From positions 8,222-72,221 of the IMG/VR virus record IMGVR_UViG_3300028242_000036: a stretch of 64,000 nt of DNA. The stretch is one strand, 5' to 3'. The position numbers and the translations under genes were made by a program. Below the pieces are notes generated by a model. That model saw only the letters and a list, made by a program, of their open reading frames with translations, had not been told where the DNA came from and did not search any database. Positions 40,583-48,541 of the stretch are shown here, piece by piece (positions within the stretch are counted from its first letter, which is position 1; each line of letters begins with the position of its first letter). Origin of the DNA: a virus (lineage: Duplodnaviria > Caudoviricetes).

Positions 40583-40656
40583 TGGTGGAAAATGTCAGAA
40601 TTGAACTGCTCCCCACCCTCCCAAGGGGCGTGTGCTACCGTTACACCACATTCTCC
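40583..40656 (-). tRNA. tRNA-Pro(TGG), weak T stem, encoded CCA
   Basis: GGAGAAT acceptor, CGCCC-CTTGGGA-GGGTG, TTCAATT loop. Confidence 0.75.
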
Positions 40657-40662
40657 ATATTC

Positions 40663-40725
40663 AAGACACATTTCAGGTTTTATAGTTTAAAAGACTATTC
40701 CTAAATAATTTGCTGTATGTGTCTT
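40663..40725 (-). ncRNA. ACAGCAA-stem RNA copy 5; cargo is a Lys(UUU) anticodon stem-loop
   Basis: AAGACACA-TACAGCAAA...TTAGG-A-ATAGT-CTTTTAA-ACTAT-AAAA-CCTGA...TGTGTCTT. Confidence 0.78.
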
Positions 40726-40738
40726 TATTGATTAGGTT

Positions 40739-40825
40739 TTAATAGGGCAGTAAATCTGCACCGAAAATTAAACAAAAGAAATTCATAATTGATGTGAATA
40801 CAATATTGATAATATCAAGTGCCAT
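40739..40825 (-). CDS. 28-aa hydrophobic peptide
   Basis: MALDIINIVFTSIMNFFCLIFGADLLPY with GAAGGGAG RBS 7 nt upstream. Confidence 0.6.
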   Translation of the reverse strand: MALDIINIVFTSIMNFFCLIFGADLLPY

Positions 40826-40858
40826 AGTGTTACTCCCTTCTTTTAAATTTCTATATTC

Positions 40859-40998
40859 AAGATACATTTTTATTGATTTATCGTTGCTCTACCGACTGAG
40901 CTATCCTGCCATTGGGGGCAGGAGCAGGACTCGAACCTACGACCTACGGCTCTATGTTGCTTATCATTAAAAATTTACTTATTTGCTGTATGTATCTT
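40859..40998 (-). ncRNA. ACAGCAA-stem RNA copy 6; cargo is a circularly permuted tRNA with CCA in the acceptor loop
   Basis: AAGATACA-TACAGCAAA...T arm GTAGG-TTCGAGT-CCTGC, TCCTGCC-CCCAAT-GGCAGGA, D arm GCTC-AGTCGGTA-GAGC...TGTATCTT. Confidence 0.82.
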
Positions 40999-41000
40999 TT

Positions 41001-41087
41001 TGGTAGCGATAGTGGGACTTGAACCCACACGGTATTTCTACCCTCAGATTTTAAGTCTGATGTGTCTGCCTATTCCACCATACCGCC
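41001..41087 (-). tRNA. tRNA-Leu(TAA), long variable arm, encoded CCA
   Basis: GGCGGTA acceptor, TCAGA-CTTAAAA-TCTGA, GTGGG-TTCAAGT-CCCAC. Confidence 0.92.
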
Positions 41088-41094
41088 ATATTTA

Positions 41095-41116
41095 CAGGGT
41101 GTAATCAAACACACCC
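41095..41116. terminator. Hairpin in tRNA cluster
   Basis: AGGGTGT-AATCAAAC-ACACCCT. Confidence 0.4.
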
Positions 41117-41129
41117 TATTTTATTTTGC

Positions 41130-41285
41130 AAGGCTCTAATTCTAAACTCTATTCAACACGGCTTTAAAAACTATCAACGATACAGGTATCGTCAGATTTG
41201 GAAACTCACCGTAAAAGTTTTGTTCAACCCAATTCTTTTTAAATCTTTATTTGATAATTTCACTATCGTTTGCTGTGTGAGCCTT
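41130..41285 (-). ncRNA. ACAGCAA-stem RNA copy 7; long (~125 nt) cargo
   Basis: AAGGCTC-ACACAGCAAA...GAGCCTT; internal ACGATA-CCTG-TATCGT hairpin. Confidence 0.68.
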
Positions 41286-41294
41286 TAATTTTTC

Positions 41295-41369
41295 AAGACA
41301 CATTGCATTATAACTTTTTTATTCCTCTAATAAATGTCTATAATTTCTAATGTTTGCTGTATGTGCCTT
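41295..41369 (-). ncRNA. ACAGCAA-stem RNA copy 8; extended hairpin cargo
   Basis: AAGGCACA-TACAGCAAA...TTTAT-TAGAGGA-ATAAA...TGTGTCTT (one G.U pair). Confidence 0.72.
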
Positions 41370-41541
41370 TCGTGTCTTCGTCAGACTAAAATTTTCAACT
41401 GATATTAAGCTAAAGGACTTTCACCTTTAGGAATGGTGGTTGGGTTTGTGTATGCATCCACTTCCAACGGTCTACTGATGACCAATCGCTAATCTGTTAC
41501 ACCATTTTTTCATATCTTGTACTTTTAAGAGATTTTCTTTT

Positions 41542-41624
41542 TGGTCGATGCAATTAGGAATCGAACCTAATCCTTGCGACTCACTCTGAGTCACTGTGCT
41601 ACCCATCCTCTACACTATACATCT
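41542..41624 (-). tRNA. tRNA-like gene with non-canonical anticodon arm (undetermined isotype)
   Basis: D arm GTGT-AGAGGATGGGTA-GCAC, GTGACTC-AGAGT-GAGTCGC, TTAGG-TTCGATT-CCTAA, ends ACCA. Confidence 0.7.
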
Positions 41625-41752
41625 AAATCCCTGCTACACCAAACTCACTATTGTACGGATAGTATTGAGCTTAGTTTGTACATTGTAGCATACTCGATAT
41701 GGCTTTGTACTCACTACTTAATTTGTTCTGTAATCTCTCGACTACATTTACT

Positions 41753-41781
41753 ATTATAATATTATTTTGTTGTTTTGTCAA
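41753..41781 (-). promoter_or_regulatory. Sigma-A promoter P3 of the RNA island
   Basis: TTGACA-17-TATAAT. Confidence 0.85.
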
Positions 41782-41853
41782 GAGGTTTTTGAAACTTTTT
41801 TGATTTTTTCTTAAATCTTTTTGTTCGGCTTTCTTCGACCACTGACATACTCT

Positions 41854-41882
41854 ATTATAATATTATTTTATTCATTTGTCAA
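41854..41882 (-). promoter_or_regulatory. Sigma-A promoter P2 of the RNA island
   Basis: TTGACA-17-TATAAT. Confidence 0.85.
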
Positions 41883-42013
41883 GGGGTTTTTGAAATATTT
41901 TTCAAAAAGTTGGCTACCGATTTGAGGAAAGACTATACAGACACTTATATCCAACAGTTCGACAGCTCAATGCTTTCCTACAATCAAACTGTTCCCTCCA
42001 CCTGACATATTCT

Positions 42014-42042
42014 ATTATAATATTATTTTCTTGTTTTGTCAA
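42014..42042 (-). promoter_or_regulatory. Sigma-A promoter P1 of the RNA island
   Basis: TTGACA-17-TATAAT. Confidence 0.85.
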
Positions 42043-42061
42043 TACCTTTTTGTAAAATTTT

Positions 42062-42325
42062 TCAATTTCTTTTAAAACTCATATTGCTAATACTTCTGAT
42101 TCCACAAAAGACTGCTCCTGATATTGAACGAATTGCGAATAACACCCAAAAGAAATCCCAATATCCAATAGTAGGAAGGTCTGAAATATACTTACACACT
42201 ACTTCATATCCTTTACCTACCAACCAAGCATTAAGAAAAGTTGCTAATATTGTACCCATAAAAGTTCCTAATACTGTGCCACAACCCTCTGCAATAATTT
42301 TTTCGTCAAACTTCTCTGTTGTCAT
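42062..42325 (-). CDS. Small membrane protein
   Basis: Two hydrophobic segments; AAGGAG RBS. Confidence 0.7.
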   Translation of the reverse strand: MTTEKFDEKIIAEGCGTVLGTFMGTILATFLNAWLVGKGYEVVCKYISDLPTIGYWDFFWVLFAIRSISGAVFCGIRSISNMSFKRN

Positions 42326-42344
42326 TGTTATATACTCCTTTCTA

Positions 42345-42995
42345 TTATGATACTACTGATACATTTCTATACTGTCTACCCCAATTTAAAGCTGTAGAAT
42401 GACTGTCAAAATAAATATCAATTCTTGACTGACCGTGACCTGCTCCAAATCTATCTGCCACCTGTACTTTACCATACCCTTCTATATATAGAATAGTACC
42501 CATTTTATAATAGTCACTTGCGACAGAATACCCCGATGTAAGTTTCATACCTGTAGCACCGTACTTCACCTCGTCATCTGTAGCCCACTTACCACAACAC
42601 TTTGAGCATCCACAATAGGCTGTGATATTACCTTTAAAACTATTTGAATCAGAGCTTGTCTTAGTTGTTGACGGCTTGGTTGTAGTCGGCTTGGTTGTTA
42701 CAGGTTTCTTTGTGGTGGTTATAGCTTCAGTAGTAGCTTCAAGCTTTTCCTTATAATCTTCAATTTGAGATTGATAAGTTTGAATTTCATCTACATAGCT
42801 TTCAACCTTACCTTCAAGCTCAGAATATTCAATGCTATATTCCTCAATTACAGATAGATATTCTGAGTTCTGTTGCATCAGCTCTTTCCGTTCTACTTGA
42901 ACATATGCTATCGACATAGCAAAAATGATTAAGAAAACAGCACACAGTATTGTTGCAATTCGTACATTAGTTTTTTCATTTCTTCTGACATTCAT
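42345..42995 (-). CDS. Membrane-anchored 3D-domain cell-wall protein
   Basis: TM helix, coiled coil, Thr/Lys/Pro linker, ITAYC..C..CCG, VASD, VADRFGA, RIDIYF. Confidence 0.82.
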   Translation of the reverse strand: MNVRRNEKTNVRIATILCAVFLIIFAMSIAYVQVERKELMQQNSEYLSVIEEYSIEYSELEGKVESYVDEIQTYQSQIEDYKEKLEATTEAITTTKKPVTTKPTTTKPSTTKTSSDSNSFKGNITAYCGCSKCCGKWATDDEVKYGATGMKLTSGYSVASDYYKMGTILYIEGYGKVQVADRFGAGHGQSRIDIYFDSHSTALNWGRQYRNVSVVS

Positions 42996-43113
42996 AATTA
43001 TAACTCCTTAAATATTATTTTGTTTGCTTGTCTGTATATAATTATAATATTATTTACACAAAAAAATCAATACGCAAAATACACAAAGAATTTATTGACT
43101 TTTCAACATTCTT

Positions 43114-43128
43114 TGTGCATTTTGTATA
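43114..43128. promoter_or_regulatory. Palindromic operator-like site
   Basis: TGTGCA-TTT-TGTATA. Confidence 0.5.
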
Positions 43129-43133
43129 TCCTG

Positions 43134-44204
43134 TTAATTTAGATATATGCTTTCGACACCTACCTTGATTAATTCTTGTAAGCTACCTACCCTTGCATTG
43201 ACAACTAAATGTCCGTCATTACCTGTTGGTACATAAGGTTCACAATAATTAAATTTACCTGCTATTTGAGCTACTTCATATCTGTCAAGTTCTTTTGCAC
43301 CCTTTTCTTTCATCATTGAATATGCTTCGTGTAAAATACCACTATGATACAAATTGGTTACAGTAATATAAGGATTGCCTACCCACTCCCTAATTACACG
43401 CACTCTTGCTTGTAATCCCTTTTGTTCCATAGGTACATCTATTTTCTTGCCACCAGCAGTTTTAAATACATAAACACTTTCAGGGAATCTTAATGTTCTT
43501 ACTCCTAAACCGTTTGTTAATATCTTGTTAGGGTCTTTTCTGCTTTGAGCAGTACCGTTATTTAAATAATATGCCTGTTGAGATATAGTTAGTTTAAGTA
43601 GTTCAAAACATCTTTCAGAACAACCAAATATCTTTCTTACATTCCCTTTTTTATCAGTAGCAACAATACCTTTCTCTTTAAAATCAATATCTGTCTCTTT
43701 AAGATTTATTAATTCATCAGGCTTTAAACCATTAAATAGTAATTCTAACATACACCTATCATTAAAATTAACCAACTTTTCTTCTATCTCTCTTACCTCT
43801 TGATAGGTTAGATACTTATTTTCCATAGCATTTTTATTCACATACTGTGAATAGTCTGTGATTATTTCAAATGGATTTAATGTTGTTAAATTGTGTTCAA
43901 TACAGTAATTTATATACTTTTTAATATATGATATACCTGTTCTTACAGTAGCCACCGATTTATAACTAAATTCATTTTCTATTAGTTCATTAACTTCGGC
44001 TAAATTAAAATTATATACACTTTTCCCAATTAGTTTTTCAAACTTATCAACCTTTAATAAAACACCCTTCAATGTTTTTGCTGTACTTGGATTTAAAGTA
44101 TTTAAAAAATCTTCTTTGTTGGCACTATCTATCTCAAATTTTCTATCTGCTAATGCCACTAAACCATTTCGGCATACTTTAACCTCTTTCTTTTTGTTAT
44201 TCAT
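43134..44204 (-). CDS. Tyrosine-recombinase-fold protein lacking catalytic Arg residues; candidate repressor
   Basis: DRCMLELLFNGLKPDELINLK (K at catalytic R) and ITVTNLYHSG (for HxLRHS). Confidence 0.72.
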   Translation of the reverse strand: MNNKKKEVKVCRNGLVALADRKFEIDSANKEDFLNTLNPSTAKTLKGVLLKVDKFEKLIGKSVYNFNLAEVNELIENEFSYKSVATVRTGISYIKKYINYCIEHNLTTLNPFEIITDYSQYVNKNAMENKYLTYQEVREIEEKLVNFNDRCMLELLFNGLKPDELINLKETDIDFKEKGIVATDKKGNVRKIFGCSERCFELLKLTISQQAYYLNNGTAQSRKDPNKILTNGLGVRTLRFPESVYVFKTAGGKKIDVPMEQKGLQARVRVIREWVGNPYITVTNLYHSGILHEAYSMMKEKGAKELDRYEVAQIAGKFNYCEPYVPTGNDGHLVVNARVGSLQELIKVGVESIYLN

Positions 44205-45543
44205 TCTCCCTCTCTCCTATAAACAAATTATATAATTTATTTTTTGCAGATTTATTTAAGTTATTAGTAAGATTAGATATATAAATATTATTCTGATTAT
44301 CTCTGCCAAAATCATAAGAAGAAAACACTTTAGATACTATTTGTATCCAATCATTCACTCCGTATAATTTTCTACTCATACCTATATATGCCATAAACAT
44401 ATATTTATTGGTTGAAAAATCATTCTTGCTTAAAAACTGACTAATGTGATTCAAGAAATTTACTATCCAATCTGCTACTGATTTTGCCATAGATTTATTT
44501 GTTAATAAGTCACTATAATTATCTGCAATAGCTGTGGCAAGCAAACTCTTTTTAGTATAACCGTCATATCTTAACTCTTGTTCAGTATTTTTTATCTTAT
44601 CTGATAATTCAAACAAAGGACTATCTATAATTAAATCAACTACTAAATTTTCTATTTTACTTTTGTCTAAAGTATTAACATACTCTTTTTTAATAGGTGT
44701 CTGCTTATTAATTTGCACCATAAAATCTTGTGCTTTTTGTTCTGTGAAATTTGTTATTGTAAGTTTCCAATTAAATTGAAGTTCAGGGTTTCTAATAATG
44801 GCTAATTGATTTGCTGTCTTTCTGTGAAAACCATCAAATATATCCATTTCACCACTAATGATTTTTAATTCACCAACAACACCATCGGTTGATGAAAATT
44901 CAATTTCATCATCACCGTTTCTCAAAATATTTATTTTGATTTCGTCTGCAAATTGTCTACCACTCAAAAGATTATCTGAAATTTCTTGTATCTTTTTTGT
45001 ATTAACATTAATTCTTTTAATACCAAACATATCTATTTTTGCATTTCTTTGGGTGTTAAAGTTATAAATAATATCGTTAGCTCTGTCAATAAGTGCCAAA
45101 TCTTGTGCCGATATAATTCCTGTATAATGACCATCTGACACTTTTAACATATTTGAAAAAGTATAAGGATACCCCTCTTCTTTTTCAGGGGTATAACTAT
45201 GTTTAGAAAAATATTGTTGTTCGGATAAAGTAAAATAATCCTTAACATCTAATTTAGTTATTTCTTCTTCTAAACCAATAGATTCATCACTTCTATCTTT
45301 AAGTCTTAATGCTTCTTGAAATCCTTCTGTAAAAACATAAAGCACAAATAGTTCTTTATCGTTTTTAATATCTAATGTTTCCAACTCTAATCTTCTGTTA
45401 AGTATTTTAATAGGATAACTACTCAATAAATTCTTTTCTGTAAATTTAGATTTTAGATATTCTTTGACTTGTCTATTTGTGCCATATTTATTTATCATTT
45501 GATTTAGTACATTAATTAAATTTGCGTTGCTTTGATTTAACAT
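44197..45543 (-). CDS. DndB/DGQHR-type ParB-like protein
   Basis: YNFNTQRNAK, DIFDGFHRKTA, FMVQINKQTP. Confidence 0.7.
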   Translation of the reverse strand: MLNQSNANLINVLNQMINKYGTNRQVKEYLKSKFTEKNLLSSYPIKILNRRLELETLDIKNDKELFVLYVFTEGFQEALRLKDRSDESIGLEEEITKLDVKDYFTLSEQQYFSKHSYTPEKEEGYPYTFSNMLKVSDGHYTGIISAQDLALIDRANDIIYNFNTQRNAKIDMFGIKRINVNTKKIQEISDNLLSGRQFADEIKINILRNGDDEIEFSSTDGVVGELKIISGEMDIFDGFHRKTANQLAIIRNPELQFNWKLTITNFTEQKAQDFMVQINKQTPIKKEYVNTLDKSKIENLVVDLIIDSPLFELSDKIKNTEQELRYDGYTKKSLLATAIADNYSDLLTNKSMAKSVADWIVNFLNHISQFLSKNDFSTNKYMFMAYIGMSRKLYGVNDWIQIVSKVFSSYDFGRDNQNNIYISNLTNNLNKSAKNKLYNLFIGERENE

Positions 45544-45634
45544 AATACACCACCTTTTTTACCATTAGTTTCATAGTATCACAAGATGTATAATATGTCA
45601 AAGTTTTAGTTTATAAATTTTATTTTATTTTGCT

Positions 45635-45865
45635 TTAATAAATTGCTCTATAGGAAAATTGATGACATTCTCCTATACTAACAGCAATTTTATTTAATTG
45701 TTCAATATAATCTGTGACACTCTTTTCGGTTTTAAACAGCTTAACAGCACATCTTTCCTTGGTGTTATAAGCAACATAATGTAATCCATCTTTTTCTTTT
45801 ACATAACCAACAACATATTTACCATTTTCATCAATAATAACATACCCTTTTCTGTCTTTCATCAA
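45635..45865 (-). CDS. Hypothetical protein
   Basis: RBS-preceded short ORF. Confidence 0.55.
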   Translation of the reverse strand: MMKDRKGYVIIDENGKYVVGYVKEKDGLHYVAYNTKERCAVKLFKTEKSVTDYIEQLNKIAVSIGECHQFSYRAIY

Positions 45866-46021
45866 ACTATCCCCCTTGAAGTCTTGATAATTAGAATAAT
45901 AAATGTTATAATTACGGTGTCGGAGCTTATCATTCTAATGCTTATGTCTTAGTTTGATATTATCTCTAATATAATTCTTGCAGGGTAATTTAGATATTAC
46001 CCTGCTTTAATTTTCTGTCAA

Positions 46022-46369
46022 TTATAGCTTTATATACCATTCTGCAACAACCTCTGCAATCTTTGTAGGGATTTTATAATATGTGTTGCGGATAGCTGTA
46101 ACAACAATATCCTTAGTCACCTCTTCTACGGTGCTTTCTGCAAGATAAGTATTGATACAATTAAGCATTTCTTTTTCTGTTACTGTAAAACTCATAGAAT
46201 TTTTGGTTATCAGCTTTCCATTAGCAACAACAAAATCATCAAGAATAAAGAACAGATTTCCGTCAGTTTCTTTTACCATCAGCACTTCATTTTCAGGGAT
46301 ATATGCAAGTGCTACCACTCTTGTATCGTGCATAAAATACTTCTTGCCAACCTCAATTACATTTTTCAT
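46022..46369 (-). CDS. Hypothetical protein
   Basis: AAGGAG RBS. Confidence 0.6.
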   Translation of the reverse strand: MKNVIEVGKKYFMHDTRVVALAYIPENEVLMVKETDGNLFFILDDFVVANGKLITKNSMSFTVTEKEMLNCINTYLAESTVEEVTKDIVVTAIRNTYYKIPTKIAEVVAEWYIKL

Positions 46370-46396
46370 AAATCATTACTCCTTTAAAAATAAATT

Positions 46397-46660
46397 TTAA
46401 TCTTTAATTAATTCTTTAATATCAAAGTTATATAGGACAGCCAACCATAATGCATCTTCAAATGTAGGAATATTAGGTGAACTCAAAGCAAACCAACTGT
46501 TAACCTTATGAGCATTATATTGAGTATCTTCAATAACCTGTTTGTTTTTGATACGAAGTTTCTTAGAAATCGTTGACAAATTAATTGTAATAATTCTTCT
46601 GTCCATATTATTGTACTTTCTCATAATTTCAAGGAACTCTTCCTGTGTATAGTTTATCAT
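46397..46660 (-). CDS. XRE-like helix-turn-helix protein
   Basis: Start MINY after GAGGTG; SWF...IPTFEDALWLAVLYNFDIKELI. Confidence 0.5.
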   Translation of the reverse strand: MINYTQEEFLEIMRKYNNMDRRIITINLSTISKKLRIKNKQVIEDTQYNAHKVNSWFALSSPNIPTFEDALWLAVLYNFDIKELIKD

Positions 46661-46751
46661 TCTTTCACCTCTCGTTGTCAATTCTAATCCAATTATAGCA
46701 TTATCAATATTTTCTGTCAATATAAATATTATTTTATTTACTTATGGAAAA

Positions 46752-47375
46752 TTAGTGCTTACTTTCCATAATTACACCACATTTCTTACATTCAATTTCC
46801 AATCCCTCTTCCCCTCTTACACTAATTTCACAACAAGGGCAAGTGTATTTGGTAGTTTTCTTTGTGGTCTTTTTAGTTTCTTTGCCTTTACCCATAGGTA
46901 TCTTTCTGAAGAATTTAAAATTATCCTCATTGATATTTAAGCTCTGCACATATTTAATAAACTGTTCTGTCGGTGTGGTAACACTCCAACCAATAGTCTG
47001 TGCTTTTTCAATAATCAAATCTCTCTTCTCTGCTTCTTCCTTGAACCTCTTATTATGATATACATTGCCATTACTTGTGTCTTTAATATCATTTATTCTG
47101 CAATACAGATGTACCATTTCGTGATTTACTGTACCACAAAGATTTGCTAAAGGTCTACTGAGATGTTCTGCCGAAACATTGATTTCGTGGAAGAGCTGTC
47201 CTTCGTCTCCCTGTCCACCCCAACGGTCAGGTGCGAACCATCCATATGCCTTACCTTTAGGTGATGACTGAATGGTAATCACTACTTCAGGCAGTTCATT
47301 GTTGTAATATTTTCTGTTAAGATTATCATAGATATTCTTCAGTTCTTTAACTGCATTTGTATAAAACTCTGTCAT
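46752..47375 (-). CDS. SprT-like zinc metalloprotease domain protein
   Basis: HEMVH, YHNKRFKEEAEKRDL, C-terminal CPCC...CKKC. Confidence 0.8.
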   Translation of the reverse strand: MTEFYTNAVKELKNIYDNLNRKYYNNELPEVVITIQSSPKGKAYGWFAPDRWGGQGDEGQLFHEINVSAEHLSRPLANLCGTVNHEMVHLYCRINDIKDTSNGNVYHNKRFKEEAEKRDLIIEKAQTIGWSVTTPTEQFIKYVQSLNINEDNFKFFRKIPMGKGKETKKTTKKTTKYTCPCCEISVRGEEGLEIECKKCGVIMESKH

Positions 47376-47410
47376 AGCTCAATACTCCTTTATACTTTTA
47401 AAATTTAATT

Positions 47411-47605
47411 TTAATCTTCCATATACATTTCTTCATACATTTCCATATCTTCAAGTGCTGAAATAAGTCCGTCAAAATCCTCGTTCTCACCAAGCATACT
47501 TGCCAAACCATATACCTCCATATATGAAACACCGTATGATTTTGCTAAACTTTCAAGATATTCTCTTCTGTTCTTATAACCATTTCTTGTATAAACATTA
47601 CTCAT
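47411..47605 (-). CDS. Hypothetical protein
   Basis: NGYKNRREYL..LA..YG...LG.NEDFDGL. Confidence 0.65.
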   Translation of the reverse strand: MSNVYTRNGYKNRREYLESLAKSYGVSYMEVYGLASMLGENEDFDGLISALEDMEMYEEMYMED

Positions 47606-47916
47606 CGGATTTCCCTCCAACCATTCTTTTGAATTATAGCTCTCATATTTGCAACACCTACAGGATTAGCAGAGTGCAGTATAAATATAATGTTGCTAAC
47701 TGCCTCGGCAAATTCTTGACTTCTGTGTGCTTTTCTTTCCAACTCCTCAACAATAATAATAGCATCACCACCAAAAGTATCTCCCATATCGTGGTCTAAG
47801 TGAAGAATTTCAACTTCTTTTATATTCGCAACAATTAGTCGTAAAGCTTCGTTTGTGCTTTTGCACCATATATATCCTTCAGGTGCAGGTCTTACATCGT
47901 CAACCCAAACTTTCAT
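47602..47916 (-). CDS. Cyclic-phosphate-processing receiver-like domain protein
   Basis: MKVWVDDVRPAPEGY, LHLDHDMG, ILHSANPVG..NM. Confidence 0.75.
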   Translation of the reverse strand: MKVWVDDVRPAPEGYIWCKSTNEALRLIVANIKEVEILHLDHDMGDTFGGDAIIIVEELERKAHRSQEFAEAVSNIIFILHSANPVGVANMRAIIQKNGWREIR

Positions 47917-47935
47917 TTTTCTGCCACCCTTCTTA

Positions 47936-48250
47936 TTATTGCATTGTTCTGCTAAAAGCTTCAACAAGTATTTTGGATAACTTATCATAAATTTTATATT
48001 GTTTTGTTGTAGTTTGAATAAGTTCTTCATATAATGGTCGGATAAGTTTAGAAGCTTCTTCTACTGTAAATCCGTATGTAACAACACTATCATAAGAGTA
48101 TTCTTCATCCTGCCTTTTCTTTGTTGGATTAGTCACAAAGTAACAAACTCCGTCTTTACTCACAAGAACGGTATCATTATCTTCTGCCATTACAAGACAA
48201 TCACCAAGATTTTTTAGTGTAATTTTTTCTGCGATTCTCACTATAATCAC
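47936..48250 (-). CDS. Hypothetical protein
   Basis: RBS-preceded ORF. Confidence 0.55.
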   Translation of the reverse strand: MIIVRIAEKITLKNLGDCLVMAEDNDTVLVSKDGVCYFVTNPTKKRQDEEYSYDSVVTYGFTVEEASKLIRPLYEELIQTTTKQYKIYDKLSKILVEAFSRTMQ

Positions 48251-48257
48251 TCTCCTA

Positions 48258-48440
48258 TTATATAACTCTTACTTTAAAGTATTCAGGTTTATAAACCTGA
48301 CACAAGGCATTTGCACAAGTATAAGCATTGCCACTACTCGACACCTTTGCTAACACAAATACATCTCCAACCTTACAGTTACAACAAGATTGAAATTTAA
48401 TACACTCTGCCGTTACTGTCCACCATTTTTTATTTGCCAT
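48258..48440 (-). CDS. Hypothetical protein
   Basis: AAAGGAG RBS. Confidence 0.55.
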   Translation of the reverse strand: MANKKWWTVTAECIKFQSCCNCKVGDVFVLAKVSSSGNAYTCANALCQVYKPEYFKVRVI

Positions 48441-48479
48441 TTGACTCTCTCTCCTTTGCTATCTCTTATTTACAATATA

Positions 48480-48508
48480 ATTATAACACTATTAATGCAA
48501 TTTGTCAA
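48480..48508 (-). promoter_or_regulatory. Sigma-A promoter
   Basis: TTGACA-17-TATAAT. Confidence 0.8.
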
Positions 48509-48541
48509 GAGTTTTTTGTAAATTATTTTTAAAATTTTATT

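Noticed and set aside
41247-41273. tmRNA-tag-like reading GCA AAC GAT AGT GAA ATT ATC AAA TAA (ANDSEIIK*) at the start of copy 7
   Set aside because: GCAAA is part of the invariant ACAGCAAA shared by all copies. There is no tRNA-Ala-like domain, pseudoknots or hydrophobic ..AA tag end.
41469-41483. CTGATGA hammerhead core on the + strand
   Set aside because: No downstream stem II/GAAA element; it is the loop of a GGTC/GACC hairpin on the non-transcribed strand.
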